A DNA stretch of 64,000 nt from Octopus vulgaris (lineage: Eukaryota): positions 48,794,001 to 48,858,000 of the forward strand of contig OX597826.1 of the NCBI GenBank assembly GCA_951406725.2, given 5' to 3'. The notes beneath the pieces were generated by a model. It ran no database searches and was not told the origin of the DNA. It saw only the letters and a program-made list of their open reading frames with translations. The translations under genes and the position numbers were made by a program. Positions 1 to 13,353 of this stretch are shown piece by piece. The number at the start of each line of letters is the position of its first letter. Position 1 is the first letter of the stretch.

Positions 1-239
1 ATATTTATTTTTGGTTTTGATTTATTTTGGAATTGATAAGCTTACAGAATCATTGAAGCACCAGGAAAAAAATGCCTTGCGATAATTCTTCTGTATCTTT
101 TATCTTTTTTTTAAAAGCTTGTTTCAGTTATTAAACTGTGGCCATGCTGGGGCACAACAATTTTTTTGCTATTTTTCTATATTTTTGTCTTTTATTTTGG
201 CCTTTGAATTATTTATTTATTCAAATAATTTTATCTTTC

Positions 240-440
240 ATCTTTTACTTATTTCAGTCATTAGACTAAGGCCACACTGGAGCATAGCCTTGAAGAATTT
301 TAGTCAAATAAATCAACCCCAGTATGTAATTTTTAGGCCTAGCACTCGTTCTATTGGTATCTTCTGCCAAACTATTAAGTTACAGGAATATAAGCACACC
401 AAGCCTGATTGCCAAGGATTGGTGTGGGGGGAAAAACACA
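240..440 (-). mobile_element. SINE family A, decayed 3' half
   Basis: Similar to the tail of the full copies at 14188-14570 and 51031-51440 (TTTCAGTCATT...GGAGCA...AAATCAACCCCAG). Confidence 0.7.
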
Positions 441-513
441 GACTCACACACACGCACATGCACTCAGACACATGCATGCACACACATACTGACACACACA
501 CACATATATATAC

Positions 514-658
514 TGTTATGTCGCACTTTCGGATGACCACTACTCAACTCGAATCCGTTCTGCTACTCTACCGACTGCTCTCCTGACGTCTAGGCTTCTC
601 CCTCTATATTTACATATTGGGCTAGCTTACTTCATCGTCTGGGGGTGTCCACACAACA
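514..658. mobile_element. Short solo LTR (145 bp)
   Basis: TG...CA ends with imperfect inverted termini TGTTATGT/ACACAACA, flanked by a 5-bp direct repeat TATAC (509-513 and 659-663); GC-richer than its flanks. Confidence 0.7.
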
Positions 659-664
659 TATACT

Positions 665-864
665 CTTACTCTTTTACTCTTTTACTTGTTTCAGTCATTT
701 GACTGCGGCCATGCAGGACCACCGCCTTTTAATCGAGCAACTCGACCCCGGGACTTATTCTTTGTAAGTCCAGTACTTATTCTATCGGTCTCTTTTGCTG
801 AACCGCTAAGTAACGGGGTTATCAAGCAATGCTAGGGGGACAAACACAGACACACAAACATACA

Positions 865-912
<48 letters not shown>

Positions 913-1075
913 CAACAGGCTTCTTTCAGTTTCCGTCTACCAAATCCACTCACAAGGCTTTGGTCGACCCAAGGCTATAGTAGAAGACACTTGCCCAAGG
1001 TGCCACACAGTGGGACTGAACCCGGAACCATGTGGTTGGTAAACAAGCTACTTACCACACAGCCACTTCTACGCC
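665..1075 (-). mobile_element. tRNA-derived SINE family A (CORE-like), near full length
   Basis: Minus strand has A-box-like TGGCTGTGTGG, B-box-like GGTTCAGTCCC, CORE-like CCTTGGGCAAGTGTCTT, an internal (TA/TG)n tract and a shared tail; >10 copies in the window. Confidence 0.85.
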
Positions 1076-1184
1076 TATATATACATATATATATAAATAT
1101 ATATATATATTTATACACACAACAGGCTTCTTTCAGTTTCTGTGTATCAAAACCACTCGCAAGGCTTTGGACACTTGCCCAAGG

Positions 1185-1352
1185 TGCCAAGGTTGGCATC
1201 TGGAAGGGCATCCAGCTGTAGAAACCAAGCCAAAAGAGACTATGGAACCTGCTGCAGTCCATGGCTTTGCCAGTTCCTGTCAATTTATTCAAGCCATGCC
1301 AGTATGGAAAATGGATGTTAAATTGTTGATGATAATGATGGTGGTGATGATG
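1185..1352 (+). mobile_element. Retroposon family D, 3' end with (ATG)n tail
   Basis: GGAAGGGCATCCAGCTGTAGAAAC...GGAAAATGGATGTTAAA followed by a GAT repeat; homologous to 5415-5800, 19283-19530 and 47727-47890. Confidence 0.7.
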
Positions 1353-1540
1353 ATACATACACACATACAGACTTGTGTGAAATGTATATTTGTATGTTAT
1401 TTCATTATTTTTATTTGACTATTTACTTTTTTATTAGTTATATACTTTTTTGGTATTATATAACTAAATTAAATGTCTTTACCAAGTCTTTCCGAACTAT
1501 TTGCCTTTTCAATTCTGCTTTAATCTATCAATCTAACTGT

Positions 1541-1829
<289 letters not shown>

Positions 1830-1830
<1 letters not shown>

Positions 1831-2084
1831 TTTAATTGTTTTACTTATTTCAGTCATCTGGCTACGGCCATGCTGGAACACCACCTTGACTCTAACAGTT
1901 ATAGTCGAACAAATCGACCCCAGGACTTATTTTTTAATCCCAGTACTTATTCTATCGATATTTTTTTTCAAACTGCTAAGTTATAGGGACATAAACACAC
2001 CAGCATTGGTTATCAAGCAATGGCAGAGGAACAAACACAAACACACACACATAACTACATATGTACATGTGCGTAACTACATAT

Positions 2085-2132
<48 letters not shown>

Positions 2133-2300
2133 GCACACATATATACGAAAAGCTTCTTTCAGTTTTCATCTGCTAAATCCACTCAGAAGGCTCTGATCAG
2201 CCCAAAGCTGTCGTAGAAGACACTTGCCCAAGTTGCCATATAGTGGGACTGAACATGGAACCATGTGGTTGGGAAGCAAGCTTTTTACCACACAGCCATA
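1830..2300 (-). mobile_element. SINE family A
   Basis: Head, (CA)n spacer and tail match other family A copies. Confidence 0.8.
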
Positions 2301-3013
2301 AATGTATATACAGAGTGTCCCAAAAAGAATGTGTACACGCATTGAATAATTATAAAGAGTCAGTGTTTATTAAAATACATTTCATTTTTCAAAATTTAAT
2401 AGAAACAGACAGTAATTTTTCTATGAATACTTGTTTTCAAACTGATGACTGTTCTGGTCCAGGCACTGCAGATAACATGAAGTCATGGAATCACAAACAT
2501 CAAGAAATATACATTATTTACATTATTTACATTATTTATATTCGATGGATATTTGTCCTCATCTTGTTTGTTGTTAACATAACGTTTTGGCTGATATACC
2601 CTCCAGCTTTCACTAGGTATCTTGAGGAAATTTCGAACCTGGGTTCTCATGTGTTGCTAATATAATAATAATGCTAATATAATAATATAATAATAATGCT
2701 GAATAGCATAAATACATACATACATACATACATTACATACATACATACATACATAGGTGCGCATTCATAGCCAGTGAACAGCAATGGCGATACCGGTTTG
2801 ACTTTGAATCTCTTTAGCAATTCAAAATAATGAATTTAATTCCTCTTAATTCTACCTCAGTTCATTTCATTGTATTTATTTATCACTACTTTTCATAAAA
2901 AAGACTTTATTTTTTTAATATCCAATGTGCATTTTCGCTTTTTTTCTTCTTACTTTCTTCATATGTTTTCCATTTGTAGTTTCTATTTTCATTTTTAAAC
3001 ATATTTCTATTAG

Positions 3014-3045
<32 letters not shown>

Positions 3046-3046
3046 G

Positions 3047-3089
<43 letters not shown>

Positions 3090-3254
3090 TGAATAAAGAG
3101 ACAGATAAATCTTTTGGAGAACACTGGATCTTGAAGCAGATAAGCTACAAATGATAATGTGCAACAACTGAGGTTAAAAGAGCCATTGGATAGGAGAAGT
3201 CAAAGGCTGACTATGGGATGAGATTTCACCTCTCATATATATATATTTATATAT

Positions 3255-3302
<48 letters not shown>

Positions 3303-3346
3303 GAAATATGTTTTGAAAAAAAATATAAAATACACATAGAAATGTA

Positions 3347-3657
3347 AGGGTAAAAAATGAAAAATCAACGAAAATGCATATTGTAGATATAAAAAAGGCT
3401 ATTTATGACAGGTAGTGACAAATATATACATTTAGAGTATTACTAGTCAAAAAGGTCATTATTATTGATGATTATAAGAAGTTAATAATAGTAATAATAA
3501 GGTAAGAGACTGAAACCTTATTATTATTATTATTAATTTCTTATAATCATCAATAATAATTACCTTTTTGACTGGTAATACTCTAAATGTATATATTTGT
3601 CACTACCTGTCATAAATAGCCTTTTTATATCTACAATATGCATTTTCGTTGATTTTT

Positions 3658-3663
<6 letters not shown>
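3347..3663. repeat. Foldback inverted repeat (~150-bp arms, 11-bp spacer) between (TA)n tracts
   Basis: AAAATCAACGAAAATGCATATTGTAG...AATAAGGT (to 3503) is mirrored by ACCTTATT...CTACAATATGCATTTTCGTTGATTTT (from 3515) with few mismatches. Confidence 0.92.
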
Positions 3664-3699
<36 letters not shown>

Positions 3700-3809
3700 C
3701 ATATATGTACATATGTGTGTATATGTATATATGCATAAGTATGTATATGTGTGTGTGTCTGTATATATATATATATACATATATGTATATGAATTCAGGT
3801 ATATATATA

Positions 3810-4047
3810 TGTGTGTGTATGTATGTATGTATGTATGTATGTATGTATGTATGCATGTATGTATGTATGTATGTATGTATGTATGCATGTATGTATGTAT
3901 GTATGTATGTATGTATGTATGTATGTATGTATGTATGTATGTATGTATGTATGTATGTATGTATGTATGTATGTATGTATGTATGTATGTATGTATGTAT
4001 GTATGTATGTATGTATGTATGTATGAATGTGTGTGTGTGTGTGTGTA
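3810..4047. repeat. (TATG)n/(TG)n microsatellite
   Basis: Read directly from the sequence. Confidence 0.95.
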
Positions 4048-5249
4048 TTATTGATAACATCTTATTATGGATTCAAACAAATTGATAACAATTTCAGTCC
4101 TAGCAATAGATACGTATTTGAGATAATTATTGATGATTAATATTAACAGTTACATGCCTAAACTTCTGAGATAAATAAGCAGAATAATTAGCGTTTTCCT
4201 GTATATTACCTCATCATTCACATTCTAATAATTTCCACAATATTTTAATTGGTGGGGCATGTTTACATTTTTGATATTTTTTTTATCTTTTGATTGTGGA
4301 TCAGTAAGAGTATAGGCATTGCCCAGGAACTTTTTTATGAATTTCTACAACTAATGGGAGCATGATTTCCTCAAAATAGATCTTTGGCCTAAATACATAC
4401 ATAGCTACATACATACATATATACATATATACGTGCATAACTTTATATAGATATAGTTATATGTGTGTGTGCATTTATATGTATATATATATAAATTCAT
4501 TTATAAGTATACACACATATAAATATTTACACACACAAACCAATATATACATACATACACACATATATATATATAATTCATAAATGAGGGCAAAGGAAAA
4601 AAATTTCTAATGCCAAATATGCTGAAAAATTGGACATATTGTCCATTAACCATATAATTTTTTCACAATACGCACGCTACTCGAAAAAAGGTTGACAGAA
4701 ATTTCTAAAACATTCCATTATTACCATATCGGACCGATTTCAGAGTTAGCTACTAAGAGCCCTCTCTTGAAGAGGCCAAGGAACAGAAGAAAGAAGAAGA
4801 GAGAAGACATGCACCCAACACCAGAGCTGAAGACACCTCCGAAAGGTGGGGGGGTCCCACCACATCAAAACAGTAGAGGAGTAGGGGCCGAAACAGGACG
4901 TGGTTCCTCCTGGAACTGTTGTGGTAGCAGACCATGAAACATGGTTATAATTCCTCCTTTATCACCACTTAAAAGTGGGTGTTGTGTTAGGAAACAGAAT
5001 ACTCCAGTAGCTACCATGAGAGAAGCTTTCATGTGGTTTTCCGGCGCATATAAGCACTCTTGTTTACATCACGAGCAGGAGACAATCCTAGCTTCGCTGC
5101 CACCAGGATTACCTCAAAGACTATATGGAAGGTTCTCTCATAGTGACCTGAAGTGGTTTATTCCTTTTCAACTTTTCTAATGAAACAGATCTGATCATGG
5201 GGAAACATTACTTTGTTTGTAAACAAGTGATGATTGGTGACAGGAAGTT

Positions 5250-5415
5250 TATTTACATCAACCCCAATGCACAACAGGTACTTATTTCATCGACCCTGAA
5301 AGGACAAAAGGCAAAGTCAACCCCAGCAGTAATTGAACTCAGAACACAAAATCAGAAGAAATACCACTAAGCACATTTCCCAGTATCATGACACTTCTGC
5401 CAGTTCACCACCTTA
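5250..5415 (-). mobile_element. tRNA-derived SINE family B, decayed
   Basis: Reverse complement of the AAGGCGGCGAGCTGGCAGAA...GAGTTCAA...GCCTTTCATCCTTTCGGGGTCGAT family. Confidence 0.75.
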
Positions 5416-5800
5416 TCATCATCATTGTTTAACATCCATTTTCCATGCTAGCATGGGTTGGATGGTTTGACCGAGGTCTGGGAAGCCAGGAGGCTGCACC
5501 AGGCTCCAGTCTGATCTGGTAGTGTTTCTACAGCTGGATACCCTTCCTAACGCCAACCACTCCGTGAGTGTAGTGGGTGCTTTTTACATGCCGCCGGCAC
5601 AGATGCCAAAGGAAGATGGCAGCAGCCGTGATTGGTTGGTACTTTTTATGTGCCACCGGTACGGAAGCCGATCAAGGCGGCGTGGGCATCAGCCACGTTC
5701 GGATGGTGCTTTTTACGTGCCACCAGCACAGGTATCACAACTACAATTTCCATTTGATATTTATTTTGATGTTGATGTACTTGACTTAATAGGTCTCCTA
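5415..5800 (-). mobile_element. Retroposon family D
   Basis: (CAT)n-GTTTAACATCCATTTTCCATGCTAGCATGGG...CCCTTCCTAACGCCAACCAC, with internal GGTGCTTTTTACGTGCCACC repeats; matches 19283-19530 and 47727-47890. Confidence 0.8.
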
Positions 5801-6526
5801 AATCAATATTGATATCAAATTTGACAGGTCAAAGAGCACATTTTTTTTCACAGTTCAGTATGTTGAACAGATCTTAGGAATAACGATCACACATTTCCAA
5901 ATCAATGTCATTTATTCATTTTTTTAGATTTATTTATTTTAAGGCAGCCAGCTTCTGTATCATTAACATGTCCAACAAAATATTTTGCAGCATTTTCTCT
6001 GGCTCTTTACGTTTTAAGTACAGATCAGGTCTAGGTCAACTTTGTCATTTATTCTTTCAAGGTTTAATAACCTAAAATTAAGTAATTTGGTTGATGTAAC
6101 TGACTTGACCCTCACCTCAAAATTGCTGGCCTTGTGCTAAATTAGAAATTTTACCTGTGAATCAAAATTATGTAATATTTCATGGTAAATTAGAAATATT
6201 ATCATTGACAGAGCTTATGAAGGGCAGTTGGCAGAGTTTGTAGCACATCAGACAAAGTACTTATTTATTCCAGTGTCTTGTGTTCTGAGTTCAAATCACT
6301 GTGATATCAACGTGATAAACAAACTAGTAGTCAAGGGTGATGAACTGGAAAAACCATCAGAGCATTAGTATTTGTTCTGGCCTCCTTGCATTCTGAGTTC
6401 AAATCTTGGCATGGCCTTCATTAAGTACCTTAATTTAACTCTACACTTGTAATGAAGCTGTTTCGAACAATACACAGGTACACAGCAACATTCCAATACA
6501 AAGTATCTACTTCGACATTTTGTGTA

Positions 6527-6820
6527 AAGGTGCATGGCTCAGTGGATAGAGAATCAGGCTCACAATATAGAGGTAGTGAATTCAATTCCCAGACTGGGCT
6601 GTGTGTTGTGATCTTGAGCAAGACAATTTATTTCACGCTGCTCCTGTTCACTCAGCTGTAGAAATTAGTTGCGACATCACTAGTGCCAAACTGTATCAGT
6701 GTTTGTCTTTCTTTTGGATAACATCGGTGCCATGGCGAGGGGAGATTGGCATGCATGGGCAACTACTGGTCTTCCATAAACAACCTTGCCTGGACTTGTA
6801 CTTCAGAGGGGAACTTTCTA
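6527..6820 (+). mobile_element. tRNA-derived SINE family C
   Basis: A-box TGGCTCAGTGG, B-box-like GAATTCAATTCC, then GTGTTGTGATCTTGAGCAAGACA; homologous to 9332-9590. Confidence 0.75.
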
Positions 6821-7215
6821 GGAGTGGCTGAGTGGTAAGAAGCTTGCTTCCCAACCACATGGTTTTGGGTTCAGTTCCACAGCGTGACACTTTGGGCAAG
6901 TGTCTTCTACTATAGCCTCAGGCTGACCAATGCTTTGTGAGTGGATTTGATAGACAGAAACTGAAAGAAGCCTGTCATATATATATATATATTTGTGTGT
7001 GTGTGTGTGTGTGTGCGTGTCTGTGTATTTATCCCACCCATCACTGCTTGACAACCAATGTTGGTGTGTTTATGTCCCAATAACTTAGAGGTTCAGCAAA
7101 AGTGGCCAATAGAATAAGTACCAGGCTTAAAAAATAAGTACTGGAGTCGATTCTTTCCACTAAAAATTAAAGGAAGTGCCCCAGCAGGGCCGTAGTCTAA
7201 TGACTGAAACAGATA
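6820..7215 (+). mobile_element. SINE family A
   Basis: AGGAGTGGCTGAGTGGTAAG head through to the ATGACTGAAACA tail. Confidence 0.85.
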
Positions 7216-8684
7216 AACATTGAATGGCTATAAGTGTCCAATAGAGTAAAATAGGAATTAAGGGGTTCCATAGGCAAAAAATGGTTGAGAACTACTGGTC
7301 TAGACAAAAAGGCAGAGCTTATGACCATTGCAGGACCCTAACCCTGCAAGACCGGTAAATTTGATTCTCTTAATGTTCTGTTTAAACATTTGCAGGTCAA
7401 CATCTGCAGAAAAGACCTGAACACGAAAAAATTTCCTGAGGGATCACTGCTCTGGGGGGAAAAAGACTAGGTATAGCAGTTAGTGCAGGGCTGGGAGGGG
7501 ATGGCTGATGCAACAAGGGTGATGAGAGATGATGAGAGAAGAATGGGTCAGGGTGCTTGGAGGATGGATGTTTGAGACCAGTTAGCTCTAAGGAAAATAG
7601 TCTAAGAACACAACTGTCTGACCCCTTGGAGTTGGCCCTTAGTATAAAGTCCTCTCTGGTGTAAGCATCTGGAAAAGGTCTGCACTACGAGGAATCATCA
7701 CTGTACATACCGCCATCTCAAGTCCTCCTTTCAGTTTTTAGAGACCCCTAGAACTTAAGTCATAGGTAAAATATAGACTTCTTTAACAAAGCTACAGACA
7801 AAACAAATCTATAAATTTGTTGAACTATTCAACCCATATTAACATAAAAAAGATATAAAAATATCCAATATAATAATAACAACAGCAATAACAAAAATAA
7901 ACATTTAATTAATATGCTAAAGGATAGAGAAGGATAGTTGACAAATATTTGTGTGTCTTAGATAATTTTAATTATAGCTGCCGGTCACAATATGTGTATT
8001 AAAATAAAAAAAAAATAAAAAAATAAATAAATACATAACTAGAGAAAAATTAAACTAACAAAAAAATATTAAATAAATTCCAAAAATTAGATTGAATCTT
8101 TAGATAGAAGAAGAAAATGAAATAAAAAAAAAATTATTTATCTAGCATATTTTCTAATTACTGAAGAATTTTTAGAGTATAATGAAGAATATGAAAATTC
8201 AAAGAAGCAACAGTGTTTTGATAGACTCTATATGACACAAGATGTAACAGCATTTAATGCATAAAAGGTCTTTTGTTTGATAGAGTTTCATTTAATTAAT
8301 ATAAAACAACAAAACAAACAAACAAACGAAATATACTAAAAATACACATGACGACAATCAAGGACAATCTGGGGGTTGTGTTGAATCAAGTTTTCTGTGA
8401 TTTTCGTAAGTCAGATGTGAAGAAAATCATTGGAGTTTTCATTTAATTTTTTTATTTTTTTCTGCACTTTTTGTTATTTGTTTGGTTGTTTATTTGTGAG
8501 ATTTTGTCATTTTTTTTTTTTTTTTTTATAATTGGTACGTCTGGAACATTCCAACAAAGATACAAATCATTTTGCAAAGACACTGCTGAAGAACCAGTCT
8601 CTACTGTACAAATACACACATACATGTGTGTGTGTGTATATGTGCATGTATATATGTGTGTATGTGTATGTGTGTATATACATA

Positions 8685-9220
<536 letters not shown>

Positions 9221-9224
9221 CTAT

Positions 9225-9266
<42 letters not shown>

Positions 9267-9279
9267 GCATGCATACATA

Positions 9280-9329
<50 letters not shown>

Positions 9330-9331
9330 GT

Positions 9332-9590
9332 GAAGGTGCATGGCTCAGAGCTTGTGAGTTCAAATCCCCAACCAGGTTGTGTGTTGTGCTCTTGAGCAAG
9401 ACACTTTATTTCACATTGCTCCAGTTCACTCAGCTGTAGAAATGTAGAGTTGGACAACATCAGTGATGCAGAGTGAGAAGGCTGGTATGCATGGAAATTT
9501 CACAAACAACCTTGCCCAGACTTATACCTCAGAGGAGAACTTTCTAGATGCAATTCCATAGTCATTGATGCCTGAAGGGGGTCTTTACGC
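9332..9590 (+). mobile_element. SINE family C
   Basis: Homologous to 6527-6820. Confidence 0.7.
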
Positions 9591-9672
9591 TTTTATATAT
9601 GAATGTGTATATCACCATTGGCATCAATTGACATTCTTGCTCTATGCTGGTATGGCTAGGACACACACACAC

Positions 9673-9731
<59 letters not shown>

Positions 9732-9825
9732 CAGACAGATAGACAGACAGACAGATAAATAGATAGAGAGAGAGAGGGAGAGAAAAAGGAGAGAGAGAGA
9801 GAGACACACACACACACATACACAT

Positions 9826-9917
<92 letters not shown>

Positions 9918-9919
<2 letters not shown>

Positions 9920-10110
9920 CGGAGATGTACTCGCATAGCAAGTAATTTGATCTGAGATCGTGTGCTGAAACGAAAACAATTGCAGCGTGGGAGGTGTTTA
10001 TAAGCCATTTAAGAAACACACAAAAGCCGTTCGATTCACTCCAACATTTAAGTTTAATTTGTCAAAATATTTTCGTCGCTAAAATCCGCGACAAAGTCCG
10101 TGCTGCATCT
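9918..10110 (-). mobile_element. (TA)n-flanked short repeat, probable Penelope-like terminal fragment
   Basis: Near-identical to 41785-41980, with a fragment at 53633-53672; abuts (TA)n. The PLE assignment is inferred. Confidence 0.55.
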
Positions 10111-10518
10111 GTGTGTGTATATATATATGCACACACAGAAGCAGCCAGTGATTGAAGCAAGAGAATACATTACTGACTGGGCTTTGCACTTTGAGAATCT
10201 CAGAATTGAATGGAGGAATTTATATCTCAGAATGACCAAAAGAAACTTTGTTCATTTGTTCAAAGAAAAAAGATTAAATTTGGTTGGAACTGCTTTCGAG
10301 AATTAAAGAATGACATCTTGTTTGCTGTAATGGGGTAAAACAAACTACAGAATAAAAAGAAATTTAAAGAAACAAGGAATAACCAAAAGTTGACAAAAAT
10401 TGAACACAGAATGGTCTATAAAGAATGTATTTTAATTGTATATTGCTGTATGTATAAATAAATATTCTTTCCGGGAGAATACACACACACACACACACGC
10501 ATACACACACACACATGT

Positions 10519-10628
<110 letters not shown>

Positions 10629-10698
10629 ATAAGATTTTTTTGCATAATAAGATAAAAAACCAAGGGTGTGTAGATATTAGAGCATTTATAGATAGAAG

Positions 10699-10750
10699 GT
10701 CTTACAGCTGTTTCTAGAATATTTATTAATTATATCCCTTCATCAGAGAC
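10699..10750 (-). ncRNA. Minimal type-I hammerhead ribozyme motif
   Basis: Minus strand: GTCT-CTGATGA-A-GGGATAT..ATATTCT-A-GAAA-CAGCTG-TA-AGAC. Stem I GTCT/AGAC, palindromic loop III CAGCTG, GUA cleavage triplet. Confidence 0.7.
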
Positions 10751-10778
10751 GGTGTGAGAGGATGGTTAAGTCATGGTT

Positions 10779-11011
10779 AAGGCGGCAAGCTGGCAGAATC
10801 ATTAGCACGCCGGACGAAATGCTTTGCGGTATTTTGTCTGCCGTTACGTTCTGAGTTCAAATTCCGCCGAGGTTGACTTTGCCTTTCATCCTTTCGGGGT
10901 CGATTAAATAAGTACCAGTTACGCACTGGGGTCGATATAATCGACTTAATCCGTTTGTCTGTCCTTGTTTGTCCTCTCTGCGTTTAGCCCCTTGTGGGTA
11001 GTAAAAAAATA
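10779..11011 (+). mobile_element. SINE family B, full length with TSD
   Basis: Complete head to tail, flanked by the direct repeat GGTTAAGTCAT (about 10764 and 11012). Confidence 0.9.
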
Positions 11012-11244
11012 GGTTAAGTCATAGTATATATATATACTATATGTATTATATATATTAAGTCATATGTATATATAGGTATAGCTGTGTGGTGAGATGTTAG
11101 CTTCCCAACCACATAGTTTCAGGTTCAATGCCATTGCATGGCATTTTGTCTTCTACTATAAGCTCCGGCTGACCAAAGCCATGTGAGTAGATTTGGTATA
11201 CAGGAACTGAGAAAGACACCGTATGTGTATATATTTTTTTAGTC

Positions 11245-12058
11245 TTTTATTCTTTTTCTTGCTCCAATCATTTGACTGCAGCCATGCTGTAGCATCACCT
11301 TTACTCGAACAAATCAACCCTGGTATTTATTCTTTGTAACTTATTCTATCATCTCTTTTGCCAAACTGCTAAGTTACAAGGATATAAACAAACCAACATC
11401 AGTTGTCAATCAATGGTGGGTGGGACAAATGCATACACACAAACATATACATATATACATATATAAATATATCCCACACAAGGTACAGGAAACATATATA
11501 TACTAGCAGTATCGCCCGGCGTTGCTCGGGTTTGTAAGGGAAATAACTATATAAGCATTTTTAGAGAGTTATAGCCAAAAAGTAGCAAAAAATGCATTAA
11601 AAATGGAAAAAAAATTATGGTAAATTTTTTTTAAATCGTTGACTCATCATAGACATTTTTAGAGAGTTACTTCCCTTATATAATAGCGAAAAAAATGCAT
11701 TAAAAGGGAAAAAAATGATGGTAAATATTTTTTTAAATCGTAGACTCATCGTAGACATGCGCTAATACCCAGAAGGACTCGATATGAATCACGACTATAA
11801 GATACCCAGTTTTGGTTAAACTGCACCGCAAAATGTGGGAGTAGTTAGGAATCTAAATCGTAGGAGACAGACACGCAACCTTACTTTTATATATAAAGAT
11901 ATATATATATATATATACATGACAGGCTTCTTTCAGTTTCCGTCTACCAAATCCACCCACAAGGTTTTGGTTGGCTTGCTCAAGGTATCATGTAGTGGGA
12001 CTGAACCTGAAACAGTGTGGTTGGGAGGTAAGCTTTTTACCACACAGCCACACCTGCA
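11245..12058 (-). mobile_element. SINE family A interrupted by a Helitron
   Basis: Tail at 11245-11430 and head at 11920-12058 in the same orientation; the Helitron sits in the internal microsatellite. Confidence 0.7.
11503..11899 (-). mobile_element. Non-autonomous Helitron
   Basis: Minus strand begins A|TCTTTATATATAAAAG and ends with a subterminal hairpin CCCGAGCAACGCCGGG then CTAG|T; no TSD; internal ~100-bp direct repeat. Confidence 0.85.
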
Positions 12059-13221
12059 CTTATATATGTGTTGGTGTGTTTACATCCCTGTAAAAGAGGA
12101 TGATAGAATGAGAGGATGAGCAAAAGAGGATGATAGAATATGTACCAGGCTTAAAACATAAGCATTGATGTCAATTTGCTCAACTAAAATTCTTCAAAGG
12201 AATGCTCCAGCATGACCACAGTCTAATGACTGAAATAATGCAATGTGTGTGTGTATGTGTGTGTATGTGTGTGTATGTGCTTGTGTATGAGTGTGTGTGT
12301 GTGTATGTGTATCTGTTTGCATTCATATACATATATATATAGTTTTATATTCATTTATTCAAATAATTATTTATAAGTTTGTCTTCTTTTTTCTTTTTGT
12401 ATTATATATATATGTGTAAGTTTGTGTATGTATTTGAATATATATATATGTATATGTATGCACAGTCTATACACACACACACACACAAAAAAAAAACACA
12501 CACACATACACACATACATGATGAGCTCACATTACATATCACACAATTTTTATGTCAGCCTTAATGAATGATAGTTTGTCTTCAGTGTTTTATTTTCACG
12601 AAGAATTTAATAATGTTGCCATCCTAGAGAATCTCTACTTTTGACATTTACACAAACGGTGACTGTGTCTTTTACATTCCTTATGTATCTCTTCATTCTC
12701 TAGAATATGTCTGAGGAAAAAGGTCAAGCAAGGAGTGCGGCTGTGATGACAAATGGATGTAAGATGAAGAGTCAGGCAGTTTCACTTCATTATACAAGAT
12801 TCCTTGTGAAATATTTTAATTTTTCCCCTTCCCGGAGAGAGAAAAGCAGAAATAGAGAAGGAGAGAATGAGAGAGAAAAAGAGAGAAAGAGAGACATTGG
12901 CACTGCAACAAAGAAGAACTATTATAATTAAGAACCATTTCAAATATTTAACCATTTAAATAATATATCATGTACATATATATAAATATATATATATATA
13001 AATTTATGTACTTTGATATATTCAACCGATGACAGCAAAGCTTATTTAAAGCAAAGCTAGAAATCCTAGATCTTGAATTATTCGATAATATTTTTTGCTA
13101 GTCTATTTTGTCCCTCTGTCTTATCTCATGGTACGATATGAACATTTAACGTGATTTTTAGAGTCAGGGATTTAACTGCTATTTCGGCATGGTGGTGTCT
13201 CTCAGACACCCTATTTTTAGT

Positions 13222-13279
<58 letters not shown>

Positions 13280-13353
13280 CGTATATATTTTAAAGGTGTA
13301 GCGTTTGTAAGAGTCTGGATTGAATTGATATATCGGTTCCATTCTAGCAAAAA

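Noticed and set aside
3110-3235. Possible GIY-YIG endonuclease tail between TA tracts
   Set aside because: Only a vague RLKE motif; too short to support.
4822-4913. Possible hammerhead (CTGAAGA...GAAAC)
   Set aside because: I could not form consistent stems I and III with a valid NUH site.
6527-6600. SINE heads as tRNA genes
   Set aside because: A/B boxes are present but there is no full cloverleaf, and each head continues into a repeat body.
10100-10306. 68-aa ORF (..ITDWALHFENLRIEW..) as a host exon
   Set aside because: No recognisable family and no convincing splice sites; may be TE debris.
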